A DNA stretch of 64,000 nt. Origin: an uncultured Chloroflexia bacterium. GTDB taxonomy: Bacteria; Chloroflexota; Anaerolineae; JAAYZQ01. Every line of letters starts with the position of its first letter. The first letter of the stretch is position 1. The notes below the pieces were generated by a model, which was not told the DNA's origin, did no database searches, and saw only the letters and a program-made list of their open reading frames with translations. The position numbers were made by a program, and so were the translations under genes. Where the stretch lies: NCBI GenBank assembly GCA_963700285.1, contig CAVOXA010000001.1:736001-800000 (forward strand). Direction: 5' to 3'. This document shows, piece after piece, positions 9,028-19,061 of the stretch.

Positions 9028-10509
9028 ATGAAAGCATTGAGAATTCTGTTTCCAGTCCTGGTCGTAGCCTCCCTGCTGGTGGGCTGCGCAGCGACGCCCG
9101 AGGTCGTGGAAAAAACCGTCGTCCAGACCGTTGTGGTCTCGGAGGAGAAGGTCGTCGAGAAGCCGGTGGTCCAGACGGTCGTCGTCTCGGAAGAGAAAGT
9201 CGTGGAAAAAGAGGTGGTGGTCACCCAGGTGGTCGAGGTGGAGAAGGTGGTCGAGGTTACCTCAACCCCGGCGCCCAAGATGATCGAAGGTGGCCCGCTG
9301 GAGGTGGGTGTGCTCTGGGAGGCGCCAGCGCCATGGGGCCTGTTGGCAGAGGAAGTTGGTACCTCACTCGAAGAGGATTTCCCCGGAACCAAAATGTCCT
9401 ATACCTTTAACAACACGCCTGCCCGCCCGGCCATCGAGCTCCGCTGGCTGAGGGGCGATCCCCTCGATGTTGACTTTATCTTTGAGGGGACGGATCCCGG
9501 TTCCTGGACGTGGGTGGAGGAGGGCTACCTCCTGGACCTGACGCCCTACATGGAGGACGAGGTCCAACCCGGCGTCAAGTGGAAAGATCTTCTCCTGCCG
9601 ATCACCTACAGTTCGGCCAAATACAAGGGCGACTTTTATGCCGCGCCGGAGCAGATCTTTATCTGGTTGCTGCACTACAACAAGAAGCAGTTCGACGAGT
9701 GGGGCCTAGAGCCGCCCCAGACCTGGGACGACATGCTGGCCCTGTGTGAGGATATCAAAGCCCAGGGTGTGGCGCCCATTGCCCTTTCGGGACCGATCAA
9801 CTTTTACGTGGGCATGTGGTACGATTCCCTGGTCCAGCGTATCGTGGGTGCCGACAAGGTCATGCAGGTGCTGTACGGCGAGGGCAAGGTAGCCGATGAC
9901 CCCGGCTTCCTCGAGGCAGCGCAAGAGTTCGAAAAGCTGTTCAAGAGCGGGTGTGTCATCGATGGCTTTGAGGGCATCGGCTTTACCGAAGTGCAGGTCG
10001 AGTTCTTCCAAGACAAGGCGGCCATGATCCTGATGGGGAGCTGGCTCGTCACCGAGATGAAGGACTCGATCCCGCCGGACTTTGAGCTAGGCATCTCCAC
10101 CTTCCCGTCCGTGGAAGGGGGGGCGGGGCAGCAGGACGCCATGTTCGGCCGGACGCTGAGCTGGTCCATTGCTGCGGGGACCGACAATCCGGACCTGGCT
10201 GTCGAGTACCTGAAACGCTTCACCACCGACCCGGCGGTCATCGAGAAACGGGCCATGGAGCTGGGGCAGTTGGTCCCGTTGAAGGGGGCACCGGCACCTC
10301 CTGGTATCCCGGGAGCTGACGCAGTGCTGGAGCAGGCGGCGAATGTACGGTTTATCCTCTACAACTATGGCGCGACCTCTGATACAGGGCTTTCTTCTGC
10401 CTGGTACGACCCCCAGGTGGAACTGGCCTTTGGCAAGATCACGCCTGAGGAAATGATCGCCAAGATCGACAAGAACCTGGAGGAGTATCGCGCCCTCAAG
10501 GGCGAATAG
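9028..10509 (+). CDS. carbohydrate-type ABC transporter substrate-binding lipoprotein
   Basis: Lipobox LVGC; LHYNKKQF, PPQTWDDM and AAMILMGSW motifs; SD AGGAGG. Confidence 0.9.
   Translation: MKALRILFPVLVVASLLVGCAATPEVVEKTVVQTVVVSEEKVVEKPVVQTVVVSEEKVVEKEVVVTQVVEVEKVVEVTSTPAPKMIEGGPLEVGVLWEAPAPWGLLAEEVGTSLEEDFPGTKMSYTFNNTPARPAIELRWLRGDPLDVDFIFEGTDPGSWTWVEEGYLLDLTPYMEDEVQPGVKWKDLLLPITYSSAKYKGDFYAAPEQIFIWLLHYNKKQFDEWGLEPPQTWDDMLALCEDIKAQGVAPIALSGPINFYVGMWYDSLVQRIVGADKVMQVLYGEGKVADDPGFLEAAQEFEKLFKSGCVIDGFEGIGFTEVQVEFFQDKAAMILMGSWLVTEMKDSIPPDFELGISTFPSVEGGAGQQDAMFGRTLSWSIAAGTDNPDLAVEYLKRFTTDPAVIEKRAMELGQLVPLKGAPAPPGIPGADAVLEQAANVRFILYNYGATSDTGLSSAWYDPQVELAFGKITPEEMIAKIDKNLEEYRALKGE
9103..9258 (+). 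repeat. coding V/E/K-rich linker repeat (16-aa unit x2 plus degenerate copies)
   Basis: VVEKTVVQTVVVSEEK / VVEKPVVQTVVVSEEK / VVEKEVVVTQVVEVEKVVEV. Confidence 0.85.
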
Positions 10510-10539
10510 TCGTTCAGCGATAGGGTCACTCGATGATTT

Positions 10540-10569
10540 AGGGGGCGGGGAGTTTGCCTCCTCGCCCCT
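10540..10569 (+). other. intercistronic stem-loop after the substrate-binding protein gene
   Basis: AGGGGGCGGGGAG...CTCCTCGCCCCT inverted repeat without a U-tract. Confidence 0.55.
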
Positions 10570-10633
10570 GTCCATAAACCACATTGGGTGCAACGCCGTC
10601 GAAAGACGCGTCGCATCCACGGGAGGAGTCAGT

Positions 10634-11518
10634 ATGCTTCAGAAGGCGCGCCGCAAGCTGATTATCCCCTTTCTTCTGCCTGCGTTTCTCCTATACACGC
10701 TTCTGTACGCCTACCCGATTGTTCAGACCTTCCTGTGGTCCTTCACCGGCTGGAGCGGACATACAGTCAAACGCCCCTTCGCCGGCTTGCGGAATTATGC
10801 CTCGCTCCTGATCGATCGCCGTTTTCATGGCGCTCTTCAGAATACGCTGCTCTATGCCGTGGTTGGCGGGATCCTTCTCTTCGTTTTCGGGCTTATCCTG
10901 GCCTGGGGCCTCAGCCAGCCGATCCGCTTCCGTCGCATTTTCCGCTTCATCGTGCTAGCACCCATGGTTATCTCGGTAGCGGTGACCGGCGTAATGTGGC
11001 GAATGATCTTTGAGCCCAACCTTGGCGTGTTGAACAATGTCCTGCGGGCCATCAACCTGGACCAACTGGCCCTGCCCTGGATGGGCGACACCCGCACTGC
11101 GCTGCCGGCTATCATCATCGCCTCCGTTTGGTGGCAGATGGGCATGTGGGTCCTGCTGCTCCTGGCCGGGCTGGAGCGCATCCCCGCCGACCTGCAGGAC
11201 GCGGCCAAGGTGGACGGGGCCAACGAGCTGCAGGTATTCTGGCACGTGACCCTGCCCCTCCTGTGGGACGTCGTCCGGACTCTGATGGTGGTGTGGATCA
11301 TCCTCGCCCTCCAGGTGTTCGGTATCGTACTGGTTATGGCGCCCTGGGGAGGGGTGAGCGGCGCGACACAGGTGGCAGCGACTTATATCTACTACACCGC
11401 CTTTAACGACTTCAAGTGGGCCTATGCTTCGGCGGTGGCGACCGTGGTCTTGCTCATCATCTTTGGCCTGAGCATGGTCTCCATGCGGGCGATGCGCCGG
11501 GAAACGATCGAGTTTTGA
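10634..11518 (+). CDS. carbohydrate ABC transporter permease
   Basis: AGLERIPADLQDAAKVDGA (EAA motif); TM segments. Confidence 0.93.
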   Translation: MLQKARRKLIIPFLLPAFLLYTLLYAYPIVQTFLWSFTGWSGHTVKRPFAGLRNYASLLIDRRFHGALQNTLLYAVVGGILLFVFGLILAWGLSQPIRFRRIFRFIVLAPMVISVAVTGVMWRMIFEPNLGVLNNVLRAINLDQLALPWMGDTRTALPAIIIASVWWQMGMWVLLLLAGLERIPADLQDAAKVDGANELQVFWHVTLPLLWDVVRTLMVVWIILALQVFGIVLVMAPWGGVSGATQVAATYIYYTAFNDFKWAYASAVATVVLLIIFGLSMVSMRAMRRETIEF

Positions 11519-11532
11519 GGGAGCATTCACCT

Positions 11533-12405
11533 ATGTCTACATCGGAAAGAACTGTCAGGAAAGGCCGGCACAGAGGTCGAATCGATCCCACCCGCATTTT
11601 TATCTACCTGGTGCTCGGTATCTATAGCCTGACCACCGTGCTGGCCTTCGGTTGGGTTTTCCTGACTTCGTTAAAGACTACGCCCGAGTTTCTCAGCAAC
11701 AGCCCGTGGTCGCTGCCTGAGAAAATCAACCCGATTAACTATGTCAACGCCTGGCGCTATGCCAATTTCGGCCGCTACTTTGCCAATACACTGCTTGCTG
11801 CGACGGTGGGTGGTGGTGTGTCGGTTGCTATTTCGACTACTGCCGCCTATGCCCTGTCCCGCATCCGGTTTCCCTTCAGCCGGGTGGTTGGCGCTTACTT
11901 TCTGATCGGGTACATGGTTCCTCTCATGCTGTCCGTCATCCCCATCTACTTCATGCTGCCCAAGCTGGGTCTGGGAACTGGGCTGGCGCCCCTGATCCTG
12001 ATCTACATCGCTTCCGGTATTCCGTTCAACACTTTCGTCCTGGGCAGTTATCTGGCCTCTCTGCCGTATGAGATGGAGGAGGCGGCGGCCATTGATGGCG
12101 CATCCCCGTTCCGAACCTTTTGGCAGATTATGGTCCCGCTGGCCATGCCGGGCCTCGTGTCCGTGTTTTTTATCAATTTCCTGAGCCTGTGGAACGAGTT
12201 CTTCCTGGCGCTGCTGTTCCTGCGCGACGAGAACATGACACTGGCCGTTGGCCTATTCGGCCTGTTGCGCCGGGCCGAGTATTCGGGCACCTGGGTCGAG
12301 GTGTTCGCAGGGATGATCATCAGCGTCGCTCCGGTGTTGATCATCTTTGCCTTGCTGCAGCAGCGGATCACCAAGGGTTTGACCTTCGGCGCGATCAAGG
12401 GCTAG
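11533..12405 (+). CDS. carbohydrate ABC transporter permease
   Basis: EEAAAIDGASPFRTFWQI, WNEFF, C-terminal GAIKG. Confidence 0.93.
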   Translation: MSTSERTVRKGRHRGRIDPTRIFIYLVLGIYSLTTVLAFGWVFLTSLKTTPEFLSNSPWSLPEKINPINYVNAWRYANFGRYFANTLLAATVGGGVSVAISTTAAYALSRIRFPFSRVVGAYFLIGYMVPLMLSVIPIYFMLPKLGLGTGLAPLILIYIASGIPFNTFVLGSYLASLPYEMEEAAAIDGASPFRTFWQIMVPLAMPGLVSVFFINFLSLWNEFFLALLFLRDENMTLAVGLFGLLRRAEYSGTWVEVFAGMIISVAPVLIIFALLQQRITKGLTFGAIKG

Positions 12406-12434
12406 CGGGCATGATCGAGGAGCGAGGGGAGCCG

Positions 12435-13499
12435 ATGGCTGCTCTGGCACGCCATCGGGCCTTCTGGCGAGGCGAGCAGACCGACCGGCCCCTGGCCGGT
12501 GCGTACCTGGGGGAATACGAGGTCGCCGACATCTATCTTGTGGCCGGCGACGGCGATCTCCTTGAGCCGCAACGGCTTGTCCCTGAACGCTTCCTTGAGG
12601 TATTCGTCCAGCGGTGTGAGACCAGCGAAGGGCTGGGCCAGGACCTGTTCAGGCCGTTGTCGCCCCTGTACTGTGTGCCCTGGCTGGAGGCCATCCTGGG
12701 CTGTCCGGTTCGGGTGCATTCCCAGGCTTGTTGGGCTGAGGCCCTCCTGGACGAGGACGAGCCGTTGGAGACCCTACAGCCCGGCTGGATTGAGGCTTGG
12801 TTGGAGGCGGCAATCTCATTCGTACGGTGCTTGGCCGGTAAGGCCGGCTGCCAGCCACCTCACGCCGGGCGCTTTCCGGTGGCCGGACTTTTTCTGCGCG
12901 GCCCGGCAGATGTGGTCGCGGCGATGCTGGGCATCGAGCGCATGTGTTATGAGTTTTACGACCACCCACAGCAGATCCACCGCCTGGCCCGTCTGTCCGC
13001 CGAGGTCTGGATCGAGGCAACGCGCCTGATGTACCAGCACATGCCATCGTTCTACGGGGGCTTTGTCGATCCGGGGCGCTGGCTCTATTCCCCGGCGCGC
13101 TGCGCCTACAGTTCAGAGGATACTAGTGCCATGATATCGTCTGACCTGTATCGCGAGTTCTTTCTGCCCTACAACCAGATGATGGTCAATGCCTTTCCCT
13201 ACGGCTATGTCCACCGCCACTCTGCTTCAGCGCACAATCTCCTGGCGCTCCTGGACTTGGAAACTACCTGGGCCATCGAGGTAACCATGGATCCGGGCGG
13301 GCCCACCGTACCGGAGATGCTGCCCCTCTTCCGGCGGATCCAGGAGAAAGGACGGCCGTTGATCGTGTTTGGTTTGGATGAGGAAAGGGACGTAGCTGCC
13401 CTTGTCGCAGGACTGTCGCCGCGAGGGCTGTGTGTGGTTGTCCAGGCAGACGCCGAGGAAGATGCCCGGGCTCTGCTGTCGGTGGTGAAGGGAGAGTAG
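12435..13499 (+). CDS. uroporphyrinogen decarboxylase (URO-D/MtaA)-like protein
   Basis: AFWRGEQTDRPL, RGPADVVAAMLG, SEDTSAMISSDLYREFFLP, VHRHS, LSPRGL patterns. Confidence 0.65.
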   Translation: MAALARHRAFWRGEQTDRPLAGAYLGEYEVADIYLVAGDGDLLEPQRLVPERFLEVFVQRCETSEGLGQDLFRPLSPLYCVPWLEAILGCPVRVHSQACWAEALLDEDEPLETLQPGWIEAWLEAAISFVRCLAGKAGCQPPHAGRFPVAGLFLRGPADVVAAMLGIERMCYEFYDHPQQIHRLARLSAEVWIEATRLMYQHMPSFYGGFVDPGRWLYSPARCAYSSEDTSAMISSDLYREFFLPYNQMMVNAFPYGYVHRHSASAHNLLALLDLETTWAIEVTMDPGGPTVPEMLPLFRRIQEKGRPLIVFGLDEERDVAALVAGLSPRGLCVVVQADAEEDARALLSVVKGE

Positions 13500-13542
13500 T
13501 GGCCCGAGATGCTACTGTTCGCGAAACGAGGGATCAGACGCC

Positions 13543-14310
13543 ATGTTGAGCTTTTTTGATTGCAATGCGGCCATCGGACGCTGGAAGCACCCACCATTGG
13601 GTGGCTATGAGACGGCTGGCGAACTGGAGGCCGTCCTGGACTACCTGGCTGTGGAACGCGCCGTCGTGTATCATGCCCAGGCCCACGAGGTCCACCCGAC
13701 AGTGGGCAATGGCCTGCTGATGGAATCACTGGCCGGCCGCGAGCGACTGTTGCCCAGTTGGGTCATCTTTCCTCACTTTACCGGCGAGATGCCCGAGCCT
13801 GAGGTCCTGGTAGGCGACATGCTGGAGCAGGGCGTGCGCGTCGCCCGGCTGATGCCCGGCTATGATGGCCATCGCTTCAGTCTGGAACCGTGGAGCGCCG
13901 GCCTGCTGCTGAAGGAGCTGGCTGCGCGTCGTCTGCCGGTGCTCATCGACTTTATGTTCTTCCGCCGTGACGACCCGGACTGGAAGCTGCTCCACGATCT
14001 GTGCTACCGCTATCCTGCGCTGCCCATCATTCTGACTGGCTGGTCGGGCCTGGCCAGCCGGTCCTTCTATCCACTGTGCCAGGCCTGTCCCAATCTACAC
14101 CTGGACACTTCTGGCTATGCGTTGTTTCGAGGCTTGGAGGCATTTTGCCGGGAGGTCGGCGCCCGCCAATTGCTGTACGGATCGGGCCTGCCGTACCGGG
14201 CGGCGGGCACGGCGCTGACGACCATCACCCATGCCATGGTCAGCGATGAAGAGAAATCGCTGATCGCCCACGGCAACCTGGGAAGGCTGCTGGCGGAGGT
14301 GGTCACATGA
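13543..14310 (+). CDS. amidohydrolase family protein (Amidohydro_2) with degenerate metal site
   Basis: PNLHLDTS, LLYGSGLP, IAHGNL; DCNA replaces the DxHxH motif. Confidence 0.75.
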   Translation: MLSFFDCNAAIGRWKHPPLGGYETAGELEAVLDYLAVERAVVYHAQAHEVHPTVGNGLLMESLAGRERLLPSWVIFPHFTGEMPEPEVLVGDMLEQGVRVARLMPGYDGHRFSLEPWSAGLLLKELAARRLPVLIDFMFFRRDDPDWKLLHDLCYRYPALPIILTGWSGLASRSFYPLCQACPNLHLDTSGYALFRGLEAFCREVGARQLLYGSGLPYRAAGTALTTITHAMVSDEEKSLIAHGNLGRLLAEVVT

Positions 14311-15224
14311 GTTCAGTACGAGGACTCGAGTACGCAGGTACACCGATCTGGCAGCGAGCCTCACAGCAAGCGCTGCGGGACCGGCCGTGGACTCCCTGCC
14401 CCTGGCAGGAGCAGTTGCGCCGGGGCGAACCGGTACAAGACCTGTTCATCCTCGATGGCCATGCCCATCTGGGCGAGTATCCCGGCTTCTATATGAACAG
14501 ACCGGATGCCGCCAGCATGGTGGAGGTCATGGACCGGATTGGCATGCAAGCCGCCATCATCTCGGCCAATGCGGCGCTGCGTTCCGAACCGGAGTACGGA
14601 AATCGGATGGTACTCGAAGCCGTCCGAGCCCATCCGGGCCGCCTGCTGGGCTACGTCGTGGCCAATCCCCACTATCCCGAGGAGGTGGAATCCTCACTCA
14701 CGCGTTACCTGGACGAACCGGGCATGGTTGCCATCAAGCTTCATCCCGAGTGTCACGACGATTACCCTCTTCTCGGGCCGCGGTACGAGCCGGTGTGGGC
14801 CGTCGCCGCCAACCGGCAGGTACCCGTGCTGTTTCACACCTACTTTGGTGGCGACAGTCTTGAGGATATCGCCAACCTTGCAGCCAAGTACGCCGATGTC
14901 CCCTTGCTGGTGGGCCACGAGCTTCAGGACAAGAGCCTCGACGCCATGGCAGAGCTGGCCAACAGCTTCCCCAACGTCTACGTGGACCTGTCGGTTCCCG
15001 AGATCTTTGGCGTGACCGAGTTTTTTGTCGAGGCGCTGGACGACATCCGGAAGCTGATCTTTGGTACCGACTTTCCCTGGGGTAACGGTCACTTTCGGGT
15101 AGCGGCCGTGGTTTATGCTAGGATATCCGAGGACGCCAAGCGCAAGATCCTGGGTGAGAACGGGGCGGAATTCTTCAAGATAAACCGGGCGAAGGCACAA
15201 GCTCGGTTTGCCAACCCTTTGTAA
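14307..15224 (+). CDS. amidohydrolase family protein (Amidohydro_2)
   Basis: DGHAH, IKLHP, VLFH, PNVYVDLS, IFGTDFP, ILGENG motifs. Confidence 0.88.
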   Translation: MSSVRGLEYAGTPIWQRASQQALRDRPWTPCPWQEQLRRGEPVQDLFILDGHAHLGEYPGFYMNRPDAASMVEVMDRIGMQAAIISANAALRSEPEYGNRMVLEAVRAHPGRLLGYVVANPHYPEEVESSLTRYLDEPGMVAIKLHPECHDDYPLLGPRYEPVWAVAANRQVPVLFHTYFGGDSLEDIANLAAKYADVPLLVGHELQDKSLDAMAELANSFPNVYVDLSVPEIFGVTEFFVEALDDIRKLIFGTDFPWGNGHFRVAAVVYARISEDAKRKILGENGAEFFKINRAKAQARFANPL

Positions 15225-15255
15225 GGGAAAAATGATGTGAGAGGAGAACCTGACA

Positions 15256-16380
15256 TTGCTAGTCATTGATTCCCATCTAGATCTTTCGATGAATGCGCTG
15301 CAGTGGAACCGGGACCTGTTGTGCTCGGTCTATACCATCCGGGCCCAGGAGGGGGGTACACCTGGCAGAGGTCAGGGCACCGTGGCTTACCCAGAGATGC
15401 GCCAGGGACGGGTTGCGCTCAGCTTTGCCACGTTGATCGCCCGTTGTACGGGCCGGCCCCAGCCACACATCGACTATGCGACGGTAGCCCAGGCTTATGG
15501 CGTGGCCCAGGGACAATTGGCTTACTATCGCGCCCTGGAGCGCGAGGGCCACGTGCGCGTCGTTGCCGAGAGCGGTGAGCTGGATAGCCACATTGCGGCC
15601 TGGGAAGCCTGGGAAGCTGCCGCTGAGAAAATGACCTCAGCGGGCGCTGGGAAAACGAGCTCAGCCACGTCAGAAGATGAGCCCGGGCCTTACCCACCGC
15701 TGGGTTTTGTGATCGCCATGGAGGGGGCGGATCCGATCATGGAGCCGGAGCAACTGGAGGAATGGTGGGCGGCCGGCTTGCGGGTCGTGGGCCTCACCCA
15801 CTATGGCCCGGGGCGTTACGCGGGCGGGACGGCCACCGAACTCGGTCTGTCGGAACTAGGTCCGGGCCTGCTGGCCGAGATGGATCGGCTGGGTATGCTT
15901 TTGGATCTCACACATTGCTCTGACCAAGCCTTCTGGCAGGCGCTGGAGCACTATGGCGGACTTGTACTGGCCAGCCATCAGAACGCGAGGGACTTGGTTC
16001 CCCACCAGCGCCAGTTCAGCAATGAGCAGCTCCGGGCCATCATTGAACGGGACGGCGTTATTGGGTCGAGCTGCGACGTCTGGATGCTGCAGCCAGGCTG
16101 GACCCGGGGCGTGGGTACCAATCAGGGTGTGACGCTGAGCACGCTAGCCGACCACATGGACCATGTTTGCCAGTTGGCGGGGAATAGCCGTCATGCCGCC
16201 ATCGGCAGCGACCTGGATGGTGGCTTTGGGCAGGATCAATCGCCTCAGGACCTGCAAACCATTGCGGACCTGCAAAAGCTGTCGGGCATCCTGGCTGGGA
16301 GGGGTTACGGTGCGGAGGATATTGCCAACATCTTGTACGGCAACTGGCTGCGTCTGCTGCGCCAGGCCTGGGGAGCGTGA
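15256..16380 (+). CDS. membrane dipeptidase (peptidase M19)
   Basis: IDSHLD, MEGAD, LDLTH, ASHQN, DHMDH, IGSDLDGG, GNWLR motifs. Confidence 0.9.
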   Translation: MLVIDSHLDLSMNALQWNRDLLCSVYTIRAQEGGTPGRGQGTVAYPEMRQGRVALSFATLIARCTGRPQPHIDYATVAQAYGVAQGQLAYYRALEREGHVRVVAESGELDSHIAAWEAWEAAAEKMTSAGAGKTSSATSEDEPGPYPPLGFVIAMEGADPIMEPEQLEEWWAAGLRVVGLTHYGPGRYAGGTATELGLSELGPGLLAEMDRLGMLLDLTHCSDQAFWQALEHYGGLVLASHQNARDLVPHQRQFSNEQLRAIIERDGVIGSSCDVWMLQPGWTRGVGTNQGVTLSTLADHMDHVCQLAGNSRHAAIGSDLDGGFGQDQSPQDLQTIADLQKLSGILAGRGYGAEDIANILYGNWLRLLRQAWGA

Positions 16381-16386
16381 GAACCC

Positions 16387-18003
16387 GTGTTTGATACCGT
16401 CATAGCGGGAGGCACACTGGTCGATGGTACAGGCGCGCCGGGGCTCCGGGCCGACGTGGGCACTATCGGCGGGCGCATCGCCGCTGTCGGCGATCTGACG
16501 GTGGGGAACGCGGTGGAGCGGATCGAGGCCGGGGGGCACGTGGTCTGTCCCGGCTTCATCGATGCACACACCCACTCAGATCTCACCCCACTGCTCGACG
16601 GCCGCTGTGCCAGCAAGGTACGGCAAGGCGTGACCACCGAACTGGTGGGACACTGCGGCTTTTCGGCCTTTCCCCTGGTCAAGGGGACGCCCCAGAAGCG
16701 GGCAGAGCTGGATCGTGCCGTGATGTTGGCGACCGCTGGCGGGCGTGCTATCGAGGCTGATTGGTCCGACTGTGCCGGTTATTTGGAAGCGATGGAACGG
16801 GCAAAGCCTGCTTTCAACATGGCTACGCTGGTCGGCAACGGCACGATCCGGTCTGCCATCATGGGCTATGACAACCGCCCGCCCGATACTGATGAGCTGA
16901 AGGCCATGCGCAGGCAGGTAGCGCTGGCCATGGAGCAGGGCGCTTTTGGGCTGTCCTCCGGCCTGACCCTGTATCCAAGCAGTGTGGCCCAGGCTGAAGA
17001 ATTGGTGGCGCTGTGCGAGGAACTGGTCCACTGGGGTGGCCTCTACGATTCCCACACGCGTCACCTGGCTGGCTGGCACTTCCGGTCAGTGGAGGAGGCC
17101 ATCGACACCGGCCAGCAGGCCGGGGTCGCTGTTCAGGTTGCTCATATCTGCCTCATCGATCCCCGTCACTGGGGTGAGGCGGCCCAACTGCTGGAGATCA
17201 TTGAACGAGCTCGTAGGGATGGCGTTGATGTCACCTACGACGCCTATCCTTATACCGCTGCTGGCTGCCCGTTCAGCGAGCTCATGCCCGAGTGGGTGCA
17301 GGATGGCGGGACCGAGGCGATGATCAGGCGGCTGTCCGACCCAGCGACGCGCCGGCAGGTGCTGACCGAGGCGGACACTACGTGGGGCAGTGGCATCCCC
17401 AGCCGGTGGGAGAAAGTAGTTATTGCCTGGGGCGGTCCACACGGCGACCCGTCTTGGACCGGCAGGTCGGTGGCAGAGCTGGGAGAAAAAGCAGGCAGTT
17501 CTCCCGAAGAGATGATGATCTCCATCGTCGTCCAGTCGCGCGACGTGGGCCTGATGGTTGTCCACAACCGCTTGGATCAGGACGTGGAGTGCTTTGTATC
17601 GCATCCGCTGGGTATGATCGGCTCTGACGGCGTCGCCGTTGCTGCCGATGGCCTGTGGGGCCAGGCGCCGGTCCACCCCCGCTTCTACGGAGCCTTCCCA
17701 CGTGTGCTGGCCCACTATGTCCGCGAGCGCGGGGCGATGACCCTGGAAGAGGCGATCCGCAAGATGACGTCGCTGCCTGCGGACCGGCTGGGATTGGGCG
17801 ACCGGGGACGGCTTCGGGAAGGCAAAGCCGCCGATCTGGTGATTCTGGATCCGGCTACGGTACAGGACCGGGCCACGTTTGAAGAGCCGCACCAGTACCC
17901 GGTGGGCATCACCCACGTGATGGTCAATGGCCAGTGGGTCGTGCGCGACGGCCAGCAGACCGATGCCCGGCCCGGACAGATTTTACGGTACCGTGGCGGC
18001 TAG
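16387..18003 (+). CDS. N-acyl-D-amino-acid deacylase (D-aminoacylase)
   Basis: PGFIDAHTHSD, QGVTTELVGHCG, YDAYPYTA, GSDG, HPRFYGAFPR, EEAIRKMT motifs. Confidence 0.92.
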   Translation: MFDTVIAGGTLVDGTGAPGLRADVGTIGGRIAAVGDLTVGNAVERIEAGGHVVCPGFIDAHTHSDLTPLLDGRCASKVRQGVTTELVGHCGFSAFPLVKGTPQKRAELDRAVMLATAGGRAIEADWSDCAGYLEAMERAKPAFNMATLVGNGTIRSAIMGYDNRPPDTDELKAMRRQVALAMEQGAFGLSSGLTLYPSSVAQAEELVALCEELVHWGGLYDSHTRHLAGWHFRSVEEAIDTGQQAGVAVQVAHICLIDPRHWGEAAQLLEIIERARRDGVDVTYDAYPYTAAGCPFSELMPEWVQDGGTEAMIRRLSDPATRRQVLTEADTTWGSGIPSRWEKVVIAWGGPHGDPSWTGRSVAELGEKAGSSPEEMMISIVVQSRDVGLMVVHNRLDQDVECFVSHPLGMIGSDGVAVAADGLWGQAPVHPRFYGAFPRVLAHYVRERGAMTLEEAIRKMTSLPADRLGLGDRGRLREGKAADLVILDPATVQDRATFEEPHQYPVGITHVMVNGQWVVRDGQQTDARPGQILRYRGG

Positions 18004-18117
18004 CCAGGTGCTTGCTCAGAGGAACTGTGCGAGGCGCCTTGGGACGAGCCTACCGCTCAGAACCCTGAGAAGTCTTGAACACACAGGCAACAGTCGACTG
18101 GTGCCGAGGATAAGGCC

Positions 18118-18909
18118 ATGATTGTAGATGCTCACGTACACTTGATGGAACCTGAGAAGGGGGCCGCAGGCTATGACTATCTTAAAAAGACCGGCGGCGC
18201 CTGGGGGCAGGTCTGGGATGCGGAGCGTGTCGTTGGGCTCCTTGATGAATGTGGGTTTGACAAAGCCATCGTTTTTACGGGGGCAGGGCTCTATCCCAAC
18301 GTAGATTACCGCTACTACAATGACAACCTAGCCCGCGAGGTGGGCCAGTTCTCCGACAGGCTCATCGGCTTTGGCTGTCTGGACCTGAAGGGCGATCCGG
18401 ACGCCGCCGCCGAGGTCCCGCGCCTGGTCGAAGGGTTGGGCCTGGTGGGGATCAAATTTCACCCCTGGCTGCAGGACTTCCCGGCGAACTCTGGCCTTCT
18501 CCGTCCGGTCTACGAACAGGCATCGTGCTATCACCTGCCCATCCTCTTTCACACCGGTACACCGCCCTACGCCCAACCGGCCCAGGTGGCGCAGTGGGCG
18601 GGCGAGTATCCCGACGTCCAGTTCATCATGGGCCACTTTGGCAAGCTGATCTGGCTCGACGCGGTCCGCGCTGCCCTGGAATACCCCAACGTTTATCTGG
18701 AGACGAGCGGGGCGCAGGTGGCGGATCTGGAGATCGCCGTGAGACTGCTGGGCGAGGAACGGATCGTCTTTGGCACGGACCTGCCGATCGGGGGAGCAGC
18801 CGCTGGGAAGTGGAACGTGGACAAGATCCGCGCCGCGCGGATCAGCGACCGCGCCAAGGAACGGATCCTGGGTCAGAATGTCCTGGATATTCTGGCACGG
18901 GTTGGTTAG
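18118..18909 (+). CDS. amidohydrolase family protein (Amidohydro_2)
   Basis: DAHVH, GIKFHP, LFHTGTP, MGHFG, YLETS, FGTDLP motifs. Confidence 0.9.
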   Translation: MIVDAHVHLMEPEKGAAGYDYLKKTGGAWGQVWDAERVVGLLDECGFDKAIVFTGAGLYPNVDYRYYNDNLAREVGQFSDRLIGFGCLDLKGDPDAAAEVPRLVEGLGLVGIKFHPWLQDFPANSGLLRPVYEQASCYHLPILFHTGTPPYAQPAQVAQWAGEYPDVQFIMGHFGKLIWLDAVRAALEYPNVYLETSGAQVADLEIAVRLLGEERIVFGTDLPIGGAAAGKWNVDKIRAARISDRAKERILGQNVLDILARVG

Positions 18910-19061
18910 GTCGTCCAAAGTTGAAGGGCAAGGTCCCAGCTTTTGACTCGGGCCAGGCCTGGATAGGGACCGCACCCAGGAATGCGTTCGCCCATCAGCG
19001 GAGGCTTTCGCCCATCAAGCGGGCAACTTGCCTGTAGGAGGTGAAAAGGGGGAGTGGAACG

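Noticed and set aside
9028-12405. ABC transporter lacking an ATPase gene
   Set aside because: Normal for carbohydrate ABC systems that share an MsmX/MalK-type ATPase encoded elsewhere
18987-19024. Short direct repeat TTCGCCCATCA(A)GCGG x2
   Set aside because: Only two copies; no supporting context for a function
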